From Eubacterium sp. (GTDB lineage: Bacteria; Bacillota; Clostridia; Oscillospirales; Acutalibacteraceae), in NCBI GenBank assembly GCA_051881175.1, contig JBJEPI010000021.1, positions 1,448-65,447 of the forward strand: a stretch of 64,000 nucleotides of DNA, written 5' to 3'. Under the pieces are notes generated by a model that worked only from the letters and a program-made list of their open reading frames with translations, was not told the origin of the DNA and ran no database searches. Positions 1-11,257 of the stretch are shown one piece after another. The first letter of the stretch is position 1; each line of letters begins with the position of its first letter. Position numbers and translations under genes: made by a program.

Positions 1-33
1 AGAAAAAGTCCTTGAGACAACTGAATAAAACAT

Positions 34-64
34 AAAAGGCTTGAATTTGTTTTCAAGCCTTTTA
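34..64 (-). terminator. Rho-independent terminator downstream of the S4-domain gene
   Basis: Inverted repeat AAGGCTTGAA / TTCAAGCCTT (36-45 / 53-62). A T-rich run follows on the minus strand. Confidence 0.6.
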
Positions 65-304
65 CTATACTGTTTCATACATTTTTACAGCGTCATCTTT
101 AAGAGCATGCTCGTTAATTTCCAGCACTCTAAAGCTACGTTCGTTTTGACCGAGGGACACCTTAATAATGTCGCCGACTTTAACATCATAGGATGCACGG
201 GCAGGCTTGCCGTTAACCTCTACCCTGCCGGCATCGCAAGCCTCGTTTGCAACGGTACGGCGCTTTATAATTCGTGACACCTTAAGATATTTATCTAAAC
301 GCAT
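65..304 (-). CDS. S4-domain RNA-binding protein (YabO/RqcP/Hsp15-like)
   Basis: Track ORF 65..319. MRLDKYLKVSRIIKRR is a typical S4 N-terminus. Start moved to the internal ATG at 304, which is preceded by AAAGGAAA. It follows mazG as yabO does in Bacillus. Confidence 0.8.
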   Translation of the reverse strand: MRLDKYLKVSRIIKRRTVANEACDAGRVEVNGKPARASYDVKVGDIIKVSLGQNERSFRVLEINEHALKDDAVKMYETV

Positions 305-319
305 TGTATTTCCTTTCAA

Positions 320-349
320 AAAAAGGGCGTCGTTTTTGACGCCCTTTTA
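320..349 (-). terminator. Rho-independent terminator downstream of hup
   Basis: Stem AAGGGCGTC / GACGCCCTT (323-331 / 338-346). Followed by TTTTTTT on the minus strand. Confidence 0.7.
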
Positions 350-361
350 ATTGGTGCTATA

Positions 362-637
362 TTACTTATTGATAGCGTCCTTAAGTGCCTTACCTGCCTT
401 GAATGCAGGAGCCTTTGATGCAGCAATTTGGATGCTCTCTTTTGTAAGAGGGTTGATACCTGTGCGAGCTGCACGCTCTTTAACGCTGAATGTACCAAAG
501 CCAACAAGTGCTACCTTGTCACCGTCAGCAAGAGCCTCAGCGATAGCATCGAGTGTAGCTGATACAGCTGCTTCTGCTTCCTTCTTTGAGAGTTCTGCCT
601 TTGCAGCTACTGCTGCTACAAGTTCTGTCTTATTCAT
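362..637 (-). CDS. hup: HU family DNA-binding protein
   Basis: 91 aa. MNKTELV...GFGTF.V.ERAAR.G.NP.T is a full-length match to the HU/IHF fold signature. Confidence 0.95.
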   Translation of the reverse strand: MNKTELVAAVAAKAELSKKEAEAAVSATLDAIAEALADGDKVALVGFGTFSVKERAARTGINPLTKESIQIAASKAPAFKAGKALKDAINK

Positions 638-661
638 AATAAAATTCCTCCGTTTTGCTGA

Positions 662-1468
662 TTACTCAGCTTTAATTTTCTTAGCCTCATCCCATAAAGC
701 GTCAAGTTCTTCAACAGTTGCCTCCTTCATATTGATGCTTCGTTCTTTTGCTAACCTTTCAACCTCAGTAAATCTGGACAAAAATTTATCCGTGGCGGCA
801 GTAAGTGCCTCCTCGCTGTCAAGATTTAAAAAGCGTGAAATGTTAACGCAGGAGAACAGAACATCGCCGAATTCGTCCTCTATTTCAGAGCTGTCGTTAT
901 GGGACATTGCTGTTTTTAACTCATTAATCTCCTCATACAGCTTATCAACCGCGCCGTCAACGCTTTGCCAATCAAAGCCAACCTTGGCGGCCTTATGCTG
1001 TATCTTCTGTGCTCTCATCAATGCCGGAAGCTCACGGGGAACGCTAATCATGGATTCGCTTTGAGATTTCATTCCCTTAGATTTAAGCTTGGCAGAGTCC
1101 CAACTATCCAAAGCCTCGGCTGTGTTATTGGCAACAACCTCACCGAAAACATGAGGATGGCGGATAACCAGTTTTTTTACAATATCGTTTGCAACATCGT
1201 TAAAATCAAAATTACCCTTTTCTTTTTCCATTTCGGCGTGGAGGGCTACCTGAAGCAAAATGTCGCCGAGTTCTTCCTTTAGCCCCTCGGTGCTTTGCTT
1301 GTTGATTGCCTCAACAACCTCATAGGTTTCCTCAATGAAATTCTTTTTGATAGACTCGTGGGTTTGCTCTCTGTCCCAAGGGCAACCGTCCGGAGCACGA
1401 AGAGCAGAAACAATGGCAATAAGGTCGTTAATATCGTAATTATCCTTAATTTCAAAATTAACAGCCAT
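662..1468 (-). CDS. mazG: MazG nucleoside triphosphate pyrophosphohydrolase (YabN-like, two MazG domains)
   Basis: 268 aa. CPWDREQTHESIKKNFIEETYEVVEAI and a second EExGDVLF motif are typical of tandem MazG domains. Confidence 0.9.
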   Translation of the reverse strand: MAVNFEIKDNYDINDLIAIVSALRAPDGCPWDREQTHESIKKNFIEETYEVVEAINKQSTEGLKEELGDILLQVALHAEMEKEKGNFDFNDVANDIVKKLVIRHPHVFGEVVANNTAEALDSWDSAKLKSKGMKSQSESMISVPRELPALMRAQKIQHKAAKVGFDWQSVDGAVDKLYEEINELKTAMSHNDSSEIEDEFGDVLFSCVNISRFLNLDSEEALTAATDKFLSRFTEVERLAKERSINMKEATVEELDALWDEAKKIKAE

Positions 1469-1547
1469 ACCTGCTCTACTCTTTCGATTAATATAGCCGA
1501 ATTAGATAATTCGACCATTAAGATAATACTATATTTTTAGGCGTTTT

Positions 1548-3269
1548 TCAAGTATTCAAGGAGCTTTTTTTGCATTTAATAGTATAAAAAAATCCCCTAA
1601 AATTCAGCGTTTTTAACAAAACACACAAGATAATGAACAAAATTCCAAAAATTCCTGCTTTTATCAACAGATTGATTAAAAATCCGTCAGATTCAGGAAT
1701 TTTTGATAAAATTATCTCAAAAACTGCCATTGATAAAGCAAAAATCAGCATTGGTTTTATAATTGAAGCAAATTTTTTAATTTTTACTCCGGTTTTCCTT
1801 TGAAATACTCTTATGTTCATTATAAGCATAACGGCATAGCTTATTCCGTCGGCGGCTATTGCACCTAAAAGCATTAGTGGGGTAAATCTAATAAGAACCA
1901 CATTTAATACTACCCTAATTATGCCGGACACAACATAGGATTTAATCGACAGCTGAGGAAAGCCTATTGCCTGAATGGAAAACACAGCCACTCCTGCAAG
2001 AGAGAGAAACACTACAATAAATCCGCAGGCGATTACAAGATGATTGCAACCGAAAACAATTTCGTTTGAAGATGAATACAAAAGCGAAAGTAAATCTTCA
2101 CTGCAGCATATTAAGAGTCCGCCTCCCAGCAAGGCTAATAAAGAGGTATATCTAAAAATATTATTCACTTGATTTGACAGTTCGTCCTTATCACCTATTT
2201 CAAAGGCGGCACTGATTACGGGAACGGCACAAACACCCAAAGCCATTGTAATTCCGGGCACAAGATTTTTAAAATCCATAGCCGTACTGTAAAGGCCGTA
2301 TGCGTAGGTTGTTAAGTCCTCCTTAGTAATGTCTACGGCATTTGACAAAACATAGGCAGTTCTAAGGGAAGCACTGCTGATTTTCGACAGGGAATGTTGT
2401 ATGGTGGATGTGCCCAAAAACTGAAAAACTCCCTGTACGGCACTGCTGATCATAATGGGCAGTGCCAGTGAAATCAGTTCATCCTTGGCCTGCTTGACAG
2501 ACGGCTTTATGCATTTGATTGTGTTGTCGTTATTAATCAAATGATACACCTGAACATACAAAAGGCTAATAACAGAGCCAAGAGTCACCCCAAGCATTGC
2601 GGAAGCAGATGTAAAGGGATAAATAAAGCTTAACGCTTGGGTACTGTTTTCAAAGCTGTGGCCAAGCACAACACCTGTTGAAGAATACATAGTGAACAAA
2701 TAGGCCATAGAAAGCTTGGCGAACATAAGACCGAAAACAAGCTTAAAAAGTGCCTCAATAAACTGTGATATTGATGTGGGAACCATATTCATATATCCCT
2801 CATAATATGCACGATAGGAAGCCGCCATACAAGAAAACAAAACGCTGGGAGCCAGCACCAGAATTGTATATATGCTTTTGGGTGCAGAGGCTATGTACAT
2901 TGCATAGGGATAGGCACACAGAAGCATTATTCCCATGCCGATAAATCCAACCAGGGAAAACAACCTAAGGGAACCTACTTTTAGGCTTTTCAGCATCAGC
3001 TTATTATCTCCGGCATTATATTTACTGACAAGCTTTGACAAAGCGATGGGAAAGGCGCCCATTGTTATGGAATGAATAGGCATGCACAGATTATATGCCG
3101 CGGCAAAATATCCCCTGCCGACCGCACCGATAAAGGAAGTCAACGGAATTTTATAAACTGCTCCTATTACCTTAACTATAACTGAGGTTAGAACCATCAA
3201 AAAAGCAGAGGATAAATATTTAGATTTAATATTCACAAAACCACCACAATAAAAAATAAAGCAATGCAT
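1548..3269 (-). CDS. MOP-superfamily polysaccharide/lipid II flippase (SpoVB/YabM/MurJ-like)
   Basis: 573 aa polytopic membrane protein in the yabM position upstream of mazG. The true start is uncertain; an internal GTG near 3236 is possible. Confidence 0.75.
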   Translation of the reverse strand: MHCFIFYCGGFVNIKSKYLSSAFLMVLTSVIVKVIGAVYKIPLTSFIGAVGRGYFAAAYNLCMPIHSITMGAFPIALSKLVSKYNAGDNKLMLKSLKVGSLRLFSLVGFIGMGIMLLCAYPYAMYIASAPKSIYTILVLAPSVLFSCMAASYRAYYEGYMNMVPTSISQFIEALFKLVFGLMFAKLSMAYLFTMYSSTGVVLGHSFENSTQALSFIYPFTSASAMLGVTLGSVISLLYVQVYHLINNDNTIKCIKPSVKQAKDELISLALPIMISSAVQGVFQFLGTSTIQHSLSKISSASLRTAYVLSNAVDITKEDLTTYAYGLYSTAMDFKNLVPGITMALGVCAVPVISAAFEIGDKDELSNQVNNIFRYTSLLALLGGGLLICCSEDLLSLLYSSSNEIVFGCNHLVIACGFIVVFLSLAGVAVFSIQAIGFPQLSIKSYVVSGIIRVVLNVVLIRFTPLMLLGAIAADGISYAVMLIMNIRVFQRKTGVKIKKFASIIKPMLIFALSMAVFEIILSKIPESDGFLINLLIKAGIFGILFIILCVLLKTLNFRGFFYTIKCKKSSLNT

Positions 3270-3310
3270 ACAGCACTGCTTTAAATTATATTATTGACTT
3301 AATGGAATTA

Positions 3311-3781
3311 TTACTCAGCGGCATTGATTGTTGTTTCAACTTCGTCAGCCTGTGTACTGTTATTCTTATTGCCATTAGGATTTTTTTCTTCAGGCATATT
3401 TTCAACACTCACTGCGCCTTTATCGTTATGCTTTGGCTCTTTTTTTGAAAGACTTTCAACAAATAGCTTTTTCAGTTCTTCAATTTCCGAATCCAAGATT
3501 TCATTTCTGTTTTTTTGAAGCTGAATTTCATCAATGCAGGCGTCAAGCTCGTCTTGGCTGACATCAAGGCCCTCGTACAAATCATATTGGAGCTTTCCGT
3601 ATTTCTCATAAGCCTTAACAAGCTTGGTTTTGGAATCCAAAAGCTCTATCTTTTTCTTTGAAATTTCAAGCCTTTCTGCACTTTTTTTAGCCGCATCCTC
3701 AGCATAGGCTTTTGTTTTAAGCAAAACATCGTCAAAATTGCCGGTTTTTGCGCTGTTTAAAACATCATCAAAAATTCCCAT
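3311..3781 (-). CDS. Hypothetical coiled-coil protein
   Basis: 156 aa, charged heptad-like sequence with an acidic/Asn-rich tail. No recognisable family. Confidence 0.6.
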   Translation of the reverse strand: MGIFDDVLNSAKTGNFDDVLLKTKAYAEDAAKKSAERLEISKKKIELLDSKTKLVKAYEKYGKLQYDLYEGLDVSQDELDACIDEIQLQKNRNEILDSEIEELKKLFVESLSKKEPKHNDKGAVSVENMPEEKNPNGNKNNSTQADEVETTINAAE

Positions 3782-3871
3782 ATTTATCCCCCTTTAGGAT
3801 TAGTAAAGCTTTATTCAGTACTATTATATTACAAATTGTAGTATTTTGCAATACCAAATTGTATATTTTTA

Positions 3872-5296
3872 TTATTTATTATAAAAATCAATTACACCCT
3901 GTTTTCTTTTAATAACTTCATCGAAATTATTTATATACTCATAAGGATATTTGTAATTATAAATTCTGTCAATATGCTGAGTTACAGGATTTTTAAGCTT
4001 TGTTACGGCTCCTGCCCCTGCAGACAGGACGGTATGGGTTTCGTCCATCATAAAAACATTATAAAGGCAATCGAAGCCATCCCTGCACCAGCCAACATTT
4101 TCAAGATTTCCCAGAGATTTGCTTTGGCGATACATATAGTAGGGATAATAGCCTGCGTCCTTAAGGGCATTATATGAATAATCTATCATATCATAGGCCA
4201 ATGTCTTTTGGGATAAATCATAATATTCATTTTCCGTAACCAAAAACGCCGCGCTTTTAAGTGCAAGGTTATGAACTGTTACGGACTCGGCCCCAAGGTT
4301 TATTGCCTTGTCAATGCTTGATTTAAAGGAATCAAGTGTGTCGGCATTAAGTCCGGCAATAAAGTCCATATTTATGTTTTTAAAGCCGCATTCTCTTGCA
4401 AGCATATAGGCATCTATGGTTTGCTGGGAGGTATGCTTTCTGCCGATTTTTTCAAGCACGAAATCATTAAAGCTTTGAGGGTTAATGCTGATACGTTCAA
4501 CGCCGTGATTAAGCAAGGTGTCAAGCTTAGCCTTGGTAACAGTGTCAGGTCTTCCTGCCTCAACGGTATATTCGCGGAGATTGGATAAATCAAAGGAAGC
4601 TTCAATGGTATTAAAAATTTGATCAAGCTGAGGGGCCGAAAGTGTTGTAGGCGTTCCGCCGCCGAAATAAATTGTTTCAAGCCTTAGCTTAAGCTCATGG
4701 GCAATCTCACCGTTTCTTTTGAGTTCGGTACAAAGCAGTTCCACATAGGGTTCAATTAAATCACCGGCGTTATGAATACTGTGAGACACAAAGCTGCAAT
4801 ATGAGCAACGGCTCGGACAAAAGGGAATGGAAACATAAAGAGAAAAAGAATTATCCGCAGAGAGCTTTATAATTTCATTTTCGCGGTGCATAACCTCAAG
4901 AGCCAGTTCAACCTTTTGAGGCTGAACTCTATCATTCAAAAACTTTTTCTTTGCATTTTCTTCACCGACTGCTTCAACGGTAGCATGCATCAGTCTTGCA
5001 GGGCGAACGCCATACAAAATACCCCAAGGGGGCTTAAATCCGGTAAGGTGACTTAAAGCATCATAAAGCAATAACGATAGCTTGTTGCACGGGTCATCAC
5101 CTAATATTAAAGTATCTTTCTTAGTTAACTGCTTTGAATACATTCGTGCGTTAACTATTATATTATCGTTTTCAATAATTGTTTCAACAACGATTTCGGC
5201 CTCGCCCTCATGCTTAATCTTTTCCAGCGGAAAAAACATTGTGACAATCTTTTCGGTATGATAGCCAAAATCATGATTAATATCTTTTAAAATCAT
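3872..5296 (-). CDS. hemZ: HemZ-like radical SAM protein (oxygen-independent coproporphyrinogen oxidase family)
   Basis: 474 aa. Radical SAM cluster motif CPSRCSYCSF and GGGTPT, with a HemN-like C-terminal region. Confidence 0.8.
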   Translation of the reverse strand: MILKDINHDFGYHTEKIVTMFFPLEKIKHEGEAEIVVETIIENDNIIVNARMYSKQLTKKDTLILGDDPCNKLSLLLYDALSHLTGFKPPWGILYGVRPARLMHATVEAVGEENAKKKFLNDRVQPQKVELALEVMHRENEIIKLSADNSFSLYVSIPFCPSRCSYCSFVSHSIHNAGDLIEPYVELLCTELKRNGEIAHELKLRLETIYFGGGTPTTLSAPQLDQIFNTIEASFDLSNLREYTVEAGRPDTVTKAKLDTLLNHGVERISINPQSFNDFVLEKIGRKHTSQQTIDAYMLARECGFKNINMDFIAGLNADTLDSFKSSIDKAINLGAESVTVHNLALKSAAFLVTENEYYDLSQKTLAYDMIDYSYNALKDAGYYPYYMYRQSKSLGNLENVGWCRDGFDCLYNVFMMDETHTVLSAGAGAVTKLKNPVTQHIDRIYNYKYPYEYINNFDEVIKRKQGVIDFYNK

Positions 5297-5907
5297 AGTG
5301 ACATATACGGGTTATGCTCTTTTTCGTAGCTCAAGGTTGTTGTCTCGTTATGACCGGGATAAACCTTATAATCGCCGTCAATAGAGGCGAGCAGCTTTAG
5401 TGAATTTATCATTTCTTCTACGGATCCGCCCGGAAAATCGGTTCTGCCACAGGACATTTTAAATAGCGTGTCACCTGTAAAAAGGCAATCCTCGGCCAAA
5501 TAACAAACCGAGCCCTTAGTATGCCCCGGGGTGGCAATAGTTTTAATTTTTATACTGCCTAATTCAATAACATCGCCATTGGCAACAATAATATCGGCAT
5601 CCGCATTGTTTTGGGGAGCGTCGCAAAAAACAGCAAGGGACAGCTTTGAAGAATTAAGCATTGGGGCGTCAGGACTTGAAATAACTATACTTGCGCCGTA
5701 CTTTGCTTTTGTATCCCTTGCGCCGCCGATATGGTCAAAATGGCCGTGAGTTAGAAGAATATATTTCAAATCGGTATCGCCGATTAGCTTCTGTGTATCT
5801 TCATTAAATTCGGTGCAATCCACCAAAACCGACTGATTTGTTTTTTCATCAACAATCAAATAGCAATTAGCACCCATCAAATCAAAGGTTGCACTTTTTA
5901 CTATCAT
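5293..5907 (-). CDS. MBL-fold metallo-hydrolase (glyoxalase II-like)
   Basis: 204 aa. THGHFDH metal-binding motif. 4-nt overlap with hemZ. Confidence 0.9.
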   Translation of the reverse strand: MIVKSATFDLMGANCYLIVDEKTNQSVLVDCTEFNEDTQKLIGDTDLKYILLTHGHFDHIGGARDTKAKYGASIVISSPDAPMLNSSKLSLAVFCDAPQNNADADIIVANGDVIELGSIKIKTIATPGHTKGSVCYLAEDCLFTGDTLFKMSCGRTDFPGGSVEEMINSLKLLASIDGDYKVYPGHNETTTLSYEKEHNPYMSL

Positions 5908-6359
5908 TATTTAAGCTCCTTGCTGTCAAGAATTATTGTAACAGGCCCGTCATTAACAAGTTCAACCTGCATATCAGCGCCGAATTCACCTGTTTCAACG
6001 GATTTAACCCCTGACCTTTTTAACTGTTCAACAAAATATTCATAAAGCAAATTTGCTTCATCAGGCGGTGCTGAATTGGTAAAGGACGGTCTTCTGCCAT
6101 GGGAGCAATCGGCACAGAGGGTAAACTGTGATATAACAAGCATTTGTCCCTCAACATCAAGGCAGGACAAATTCATTTTTCCGTTTTCATCCTCGAAAAT
6201 TCTAAGATTGGGAATTTTTTTAACAAGCTTGTCAGCGTCTTCCTTGGTGTCGCCGTTACACACGCCAAGCAAAATCATAAAGCCCTCATTGCACTTACCC
6301 ACTATTTGGTTGTCAATTTTAACATTTGAATATTTAACTCTTTGAATAACTGTTTTCAT
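5907..6359 (-). CDS. dtd: D-aminoacyl-tRNA deacylase
   Basis: 150 aa. MK.VIQRV, SQFTL and NDGPVT signature motifs. It sits downstream of relA, as is usual. Confidence 0.95.
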   Translation of the reverse strand: MKTVIQRVKYSNVKIDNQIVGKCNEGFMILLGVCNGDTKEDADKLVKKIPNLRIFEDENGKMNLSCLDVEGQMLVISQFTLCADCSHGRRPSFTNSAPPDEANLLYEYFVEQLKRSGVKSVETGEFGADMQVELVNDGPVTIILDSKELK

Positions 6360-6367
6360 AATTTTCC

Positions 6368-8575
6368 TTACAAATCCGAACGCTCAATTAAGTAAACGCC
6401 CTGAATTCTGTTAAGCATTTTTATAATAGAATCAAGATGCTCCTTACCGTTAACGGAAATAGTCATGGTTGTCAGGCAATTTCCGTCATTAATAGGACGA
6501 GCATTTATTGAGTGAATTTTGATATGTGCGCTTGCCATTGATGTTGTGATATCAAGCACCACACCGTCACGGTCGATAGCGTATACATTAAGAGTGGAAC
6601 GTGCGTCAACCTTAATACTGTCATCCCATTTGGCGTTAACCCAACGTTCAGGCTCCGGTGACGAAGCAATATCAACAGGAACATTTTTGCAATCCCTGCG
6701 GTGAACGGTTAAGCCGTGACCTCTTGTAATAAAGCCGATAATTGACTCTCCAGGTAAGGGATTGCAGCATTTTGCCATATTGATTAGGCAGTTGTCAATG
6801 CCCTCAACGATAACTCCGCCGGAGGATTTGGCTTCACGGTTAACCTGCTTAATTTTATTGACAGGAGGAGCAGCCGGTGCTTCCTCCTTAACACGCCAAT
6901 TTCTGTTATATTCGTCCTTAATTCCGGGCATAAGCCTGCTGATTTGAACACCGCCGTAGCCAATGGCCGCATAAAAATCCTCGGCATTGGAAAAATGCTG
7001 TCTTTCGGCGATTTTAAGCACGAACTCATCAAACTTATCACCCTCAAAACGAAGATAGTTACGTTTGAATTCATGCTCCAAATCTGCCTTGCCCTGAACA
7101 ATATTTTCTTCACGGCGTTCTTTCTTAAACCAGGAACGGATTTTGGAACGTGCCTCGCCTGTTTTAACAATGTTAAGCCAATCTCTCGACGGGCCTTTAC
7201 CCTGTGCGTTAGAGGTTAATACCTCACAAATTTGGCCTGTTTTTACAACCGTATCAAGAGGGACAATTCTGCCGTCCAGCTTTGCTCCCACCATTCTGTT
7301 ACCTACAGCGGAGTGAATAGCATAAGCAAAGTCGATAACGGTTGAACCCTTTGGAAGTGATTTTACATCACCCTTTGGTGTGAAAACATAGATTTCATCA
7401 ATTGACAAATCGCCTTTAATTGACGACACCATATCCTCGGCATTATCGGCACTTTCGCCGCTTTCAAGAACCTGATGAATCCATTGAAGGGAGGCGTCAA
7501 AATTATCCTTTCCGCCCTTGCCCAGCTTGTATTTCCAGTGAGCGGCAATACCGAATTCAGCAGTACGGTGCATATCCCAAGTACGAATTTGAATTTCAAA
7601 TGGCACGCCGTGACTAATCACCGTTGTGTGAAGAGACTGATACATATTTGGTTTAGGGGTTGAGATATAATCCTTAAATCTTCCCGGTAAGGGAGTGAAC
7701 ATATCGTGAACAATGCCTAAGGCATTGTAGCAATCAATCATTGAATCAACAATAATTCTAACTGCGTAAATATCGTAAATTTCTTCAAAGTTCTTGCCCT
7801 TAATATACACCTTGCGGAAAATTCCGTGAACGGATTTCACACGGCTGGTAATTTGGCAATTCTTCATTACGGGGGTCAGCTTTTCGCTGATTTTAGAAGT
7901 AATTTCATTAAGGAAGCGCTCGCCCTCTTCCTTTTTCATGGACAGATTGTTTTCAATCTCCTTGTAAGCAATGGGGTCAAGGTATCGAATTGCTAAATCC
8001 TCAAGCTCCTCCTTGAAGGCACGAATACCTAAGCGGTGTGCAATGGGAGCGTAAATTTCAAGGGTTTCAAGTGATTTTTCCCTTTGCTTATAGGGGGGCA
8101 TATGCTCAAGAGTACGCATATTATGAAGCCTATCCGACAGCTTGATAATAATAACCCTAACATCCTGATTCATGGCAATGAACATTTTACGAATGTTTTC
8201 CGCCTGAACCTCCTCACGGGTAGAAAGAGGAATTTGACCAAGCTTTGTAACGCCATCTACAAGAAGGGCTACATCGTCGCCGAATTCCTTACGAATATAA
8301 TCAATGTCGTACTCCGTATCCTCAACAACATCATGCAAAAGCGCACCTATAATACATTCGTTATCCATACCTATGCCGAACAGGATTTTTGCCACGGCAA
8401 CAGGATGCATAATATATGGCTCGCCGGAACGCCTGCGCTGATTTTTATGGGCATCGCGGGCAAGCTTATAGGCCTTTTCAATTTTCACGCTATCATACTG
8501 TGGATTTTCTTTGATTTCATCGAAAAAATCATAGAAACGGTCGTTATAATCCTCCAGTTTGATTTTGTCAGTCAT
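6368..8575 (-). CDS. relA: Bifunctional (p)ppGpp synthetase/hydrolase RelA/SpoT homologue
   Basis: 735 aa. HD hydrolase motif HDVVEDT, a synthetase domain, and TGS and ACT-like C-terminal regions. ATGA overlap with the recJ stop. Confidence 0.95.
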   Translation of the reverse strand: MTDKIKLEDYNDRFYDFFDEIKENPQYDSVKIEKAYKLARDAHKNQRRRSGEPYIMHPVAVAKILFGIGMDNECIIGALLHDVVEDTEYDIDYIRKEFGDDVALLVDGVTKLGQIPLSTREEVQAENIRKMFIAMNQDVRVIIIKLSDRLHNMRTLEHMPPYKQREKSLETLEIYAPIAHRLGIRAFKEELEDLAIRYLDPIAYKEIENNLSMKKEEGERFLNEITSKISEKLTPVMKNCQITSRVKSVHGIFRKVYIKGKNFEEIYDIYAVRIIVDSMIDCYNALGIVHDMFTPLPGRFKDYISTPKPNMYQSLHTTVISHGVPFEIQIRTWDMHRTAEFGIAAHWKYKLGKGGKDNFDASLQWIHQVLESGESADNAEDMVSSIKGDLSIDEIYVFTPKGDVKSLPKGSTVIDFAYAIHSAVGNRMVGAKLDGRIVPLDTVVKTGQICEVLTSNAQGKGPSRDWLNIVKTGEARSKIRSWFKKERREENIVQGKADLEHEFKRNYLRFEGDKFDEFVLKIAERQHFSNAEDFYAAIGYGGVQISRLMPGIKDEYNRNWRVKEEAPAAPPVNKIKQVNREAKSSGGVIVEGIDNCLINMAKCCNPLPGESIIGFITRGHGLTVHRRDCKNVPVDIASSPEPERWVNAKWDDSIKVDARSTLNVYAIDRDGVVLDITTSMASAHIKIHSINARPINDGNCLTTMTISVNGKEHLDSIIKMLNRIQGVYLIERSDL

Positions 8576-10593
8576 TTTGAAAGTCGCTCCTTTAAAGAAC
8601 TTAGAATTTTTGTTTTTTCCAAATCGACCTTACCCTTTACAGGGTTAAGCATAATTTTTGTATCAAAGGTAATCAGCCCTGCCTGGGCAAAAGCCTTTAA
8701 TGAATAAATTAGCTGAGAGTAGGTTACCTTATCCTGAAGCCGAAAATACAAATTATCAATTCCGTAATTATAACCGTTATTTCGCTTAAGATAGCTGTAA
8801 ACCGCCGCACAGGCCGTTCTGTCAGGATAAAGCCCATCACAAATTCTATTGTTAAGCCTGAAAAGCTCATAATCGTTTTTTTGTGAAAAATACTTATCGT
8901 CATCTGCCGAAGCCAGCTTAACATCAACAGCCTGAACGGATAAATATGTTTTTTCGTTATAAAAATTTTTTGATACTCTAACGGCAATATTAAGGATATC
9001 TCCCACAGAATAAGGAAATCCGGAATAATCCTCGCCGAATTTTACCACCTTTATTTTCTTACCTTTTTTCTCAAGCTCCATTCTAATATGCTTGCCGTCA
9101 CTCATGGGAGAAACCGACAATAAGCGCATATTATAAATACCGAACACGGCTTGAGGATTCCCTGCACCGTAGGGTTCAAGAGATGACAGGCTATCCACCA
9201 AATCAAGACTTAAATAAAACGGAGAAAGCTTGCAATCTATCACAAGCTGCTGCGGCGGCATTAACGGATATTTTTCAAGGGCATACTCATTAATTTTTCT
9301 TCTGAAATCATCAACCCTGTCGGCCGAAAGAGTTATTCCTGCGGCCAAAGGATGACCGCCGAATTGTATTAAATCATCAGCGCAGAAGCTGATTGCCTCA
9401 AAAATATTAAAGCCGTCAACCGATCTTGCAGAGCCCTTGGCAATGCCGTCGTCATCAACGCCGATTATTATTGCGGGCTTACCGTATTTTTCAAGCACAT
9501 GGCTTGCAACTATTCCAATAACGCCGTGGTGATAATCTTCACCGGCTATTACAATAACCCTGCCGCCAACAAGATTGGGGTTTTCGTTTATTTTATTATC
9601 AATATCGTCAAGAATTTTCTTTTCAGTTTCCTGACGGTAGGAATTTTCCAAATTAAGCTGCTCACATTTGAAGGAACAATCCTCCTGATTATCACTGATT
9701 AAAAATTCAACGGCGCGCCGTGCGTCGCCCATTCTTCCCATGGCGTTGAGCCTTGGGCAAAGCTGAAAGGCAATATCATTTGCACTGTATTTTTTTTCGC
9801 CGTTTGACTCGATAAATGCCTTTATTGATGTTCGCGGATTATTGTTAATCTTTTCCAAGCCTGCACGAACAAAGGCTCTGTTTTCATTAATTAGGGGCAT
9901 AACATCTGCAATTGTTCCAATGGCAACAAGGTCCGCATACTCATTAATCAGTTCCTCTATATCGCCCTCGTACATTGCAGAAATCAATTTAAATGCCACG
10001 CCCACACCACAGTAGTCGCAAAATTTTAGATTATTATCAGGCCTGTGTGGATTTACAACAGCCTCCGCCCTGGGCATAGTATCTGCCAGCTGGTGGTGGT
10101 CGGTTATTACCAAGGACATTCCAAGCTCATAAATATGCTCTGCCTCGTTTACGGCGGATATTCCGTTATCAACGGTAACAATCAAATTAACACCCATTTC
10201 AGCGATTTTATCAATTGCAGAATTATTTAAGCCGTAGCCCTCATGCTCACGGCTGGGTATGTAGTAGCAAACATCGGCACCCTCATTTTTCAAAAAATCA
10301 TATAAAAGTGCGGTTGATGTTACGCCGTCACAATCATAGTCGCCGTATATACAGATTTTGTCGCCGTTATCAATTGCATCGCCGATTACAAAGGAGGCCT
10401 CCTCCATATCGGCAAAATCGTAGGGGGAGCAAAGCATATAGCTGTCTGCTAAAAAGCCGGATACAGCCATATCGTCGTCTATTCCCCTGGACACCAGCAA
10501 AAAAGCAATAAACGGATCGATATTAAATTTTTCGCTTAGCGCAGACGCCTTTTCCTTATCGGCATCACGCACCACCCATTTCTTATATGACAT
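8572..10593 (-). CDS. recJ: Single-stranded-DNA-specific exonuclease RecJ
   Basis: 673 aa. DHH family motifs DYDCDG, TVDNG and ITDHH. The start codon overlaps the hisE stop (TAATG). Confidence 0.92.
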   Translation of the reverse strand: MSYKKWVVRDADKEKASALSEKFNIDPFIAFLLVSRGIDDDMAVSGFLADSYMLCSPYDFADMEEASFVIGDAIDNGDKICIYGDYDCDGVTSTALLYDFLKNEGADVCYYIPSREHEGYGLNNSAIDKIAEMGVNLIVTVDNGISAVNEAEHIYELGMSLVITDHHQLADTMPRAEAVVNPHRPDNNLKFCDYCGVGVAFKLISAMYEGDIEELINEYADLVAIGTIADVMPLINENRAFVRAGLEKINNNPRTSIKAFIESNGEKKYSANDIAFQLCPRLNAMGRMGDARRAVEFLISDNQEDCSFKCEQLNLENSYRQETEKKILDDIDNKINENPNLVGGRVIVIAGEDYHHGVIGIVASHVLEKYGKPAIIIGVDDDGIAKGSARSVDGFNIFEAISFCADDLIQFGGHPLAAGITLSADRVDDFRRKINEYALEKYPLMPPQQLVIDCKLSPFYLSLDLVDSLSSLEPYGAGNPQAVFGIYNMRLLSVSPMSDGKHIRMELEKKGKKIKVVKFGEDYSGFPYSVGDILNIAVRVSKNFYNEKTYLSVQAVDVKLASADDDKYFSQKNDYELFRLNNRICDGLYPDRTACAAVYSYLKRNNGYNYGIDNLYFRLQDKVTYSQLIYSLKAFAQAGLITFDTKIMLNPVKGKVDLEKTKILSSLKERLSK

Positions 10594-10916
10594 TATGAAT
10601 TTTTATCTACCTTGTGAAAATTTTTTAAATTGCCTGCTTTTTCGGCACGCTTTTGGAGAACTGCCTCAACATCCTCAATGGTAATGCCCTGATCCACCAT
10701 CATAACAAGTGTATGATATAAAAGGTCGCATATTTCACCGACAGTTTCATCCTTTACGCCGTTTTTTGCGGCAATTACCATTTCGGTTGACTCCTCGCCA
10801 ACCTTTTTTAAAATTTTATCAATTCCCTGCTCAAAAAGATAGCAGGTATATGAACCCTCTTCCTTTGCTTCTTTTCTTGCAAGGATAGTTTCGTAATCAT
10901 TTCTAATATAATCCAT
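10593..10916 (-). CDS. hisE: Phosphoribosyl-ATP pyrophosphatase
   Basis: 107 aa. KK.GEE..E..IA and ADLLYH-like (CDLLYHTLV) HisE motifs. Confidence 0.88.
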   Translation of the reverse strand: MDYIRNDYETILARKEAKEEGSYTCYLFEQGIDKILKKVGEESTEMVIAAKNGVKDETVGEICDLLYHTLVMMVDQGITIEDVEAVLQKRAEKAGNLKNFHKVDKNS

Positions 10917-10918
10917 AG

Positions 10919-11257
10919 CTAGTCCTCTTTATTAAAATCAATATCCTTGAAAAAACAGGAGTGGTTACCTGTGTGACAGGCGGCCCCTGTTTGAATTACT
11001 TTAATCAAAAGGGTATCATCGTCGCAATCGCCCTTAATTTCCACAATTTTTTGAAGATGACCTGAGGTTGCACCCTTATTCCAAAGCTCCTGTCTTGAGC
11101 GTGACCAAAACCAAGTATATCCTGTTTCAAGAGTTTTTTTCAAGGAGTCCTTATTCATATATGCCAGCATTAAAACCTGGCCGGTTGACTCCTCCTGAAC
11201 AATGGCAGGAATTAAATCTGCTTTTACAAAATACTTATCCAAATCTATCATTTGCAC
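10919..11257 (-). CDS. hisI: Phosphoribosyl-AMP cyclohydrolase
   Basis: 112 aa. WSRSR..LW.KG..SG and DCD.D.LL..V...G.ACHTG motifs. Confidence 0.9.
   Translation of the reverse strand: MQMIDLDKYFVKADLIPAIVQEESTGQVLMLAYMNKDSLKKTLETGYTWFWSRSRQELWNKGATSGHLQKIVEIKGDCDDDTLLIKVIQTGAACHTGNHSCFFKDIDFNKED

Noticed and set aside
351-1064. 237-aa plus-strand ORF overlapping hup and mazG. Similar long antisense ORFs include 8084-8707, 23350-23829, 45881-46312, 47259-47762 and 53121-53504.
   Set aside because: They lie antisense to genes with strong family signatures. Their sequences are low-complexity Ser/Ala/Leu/Ile-rich, as expected of shadow frames, and they lack RBS support.
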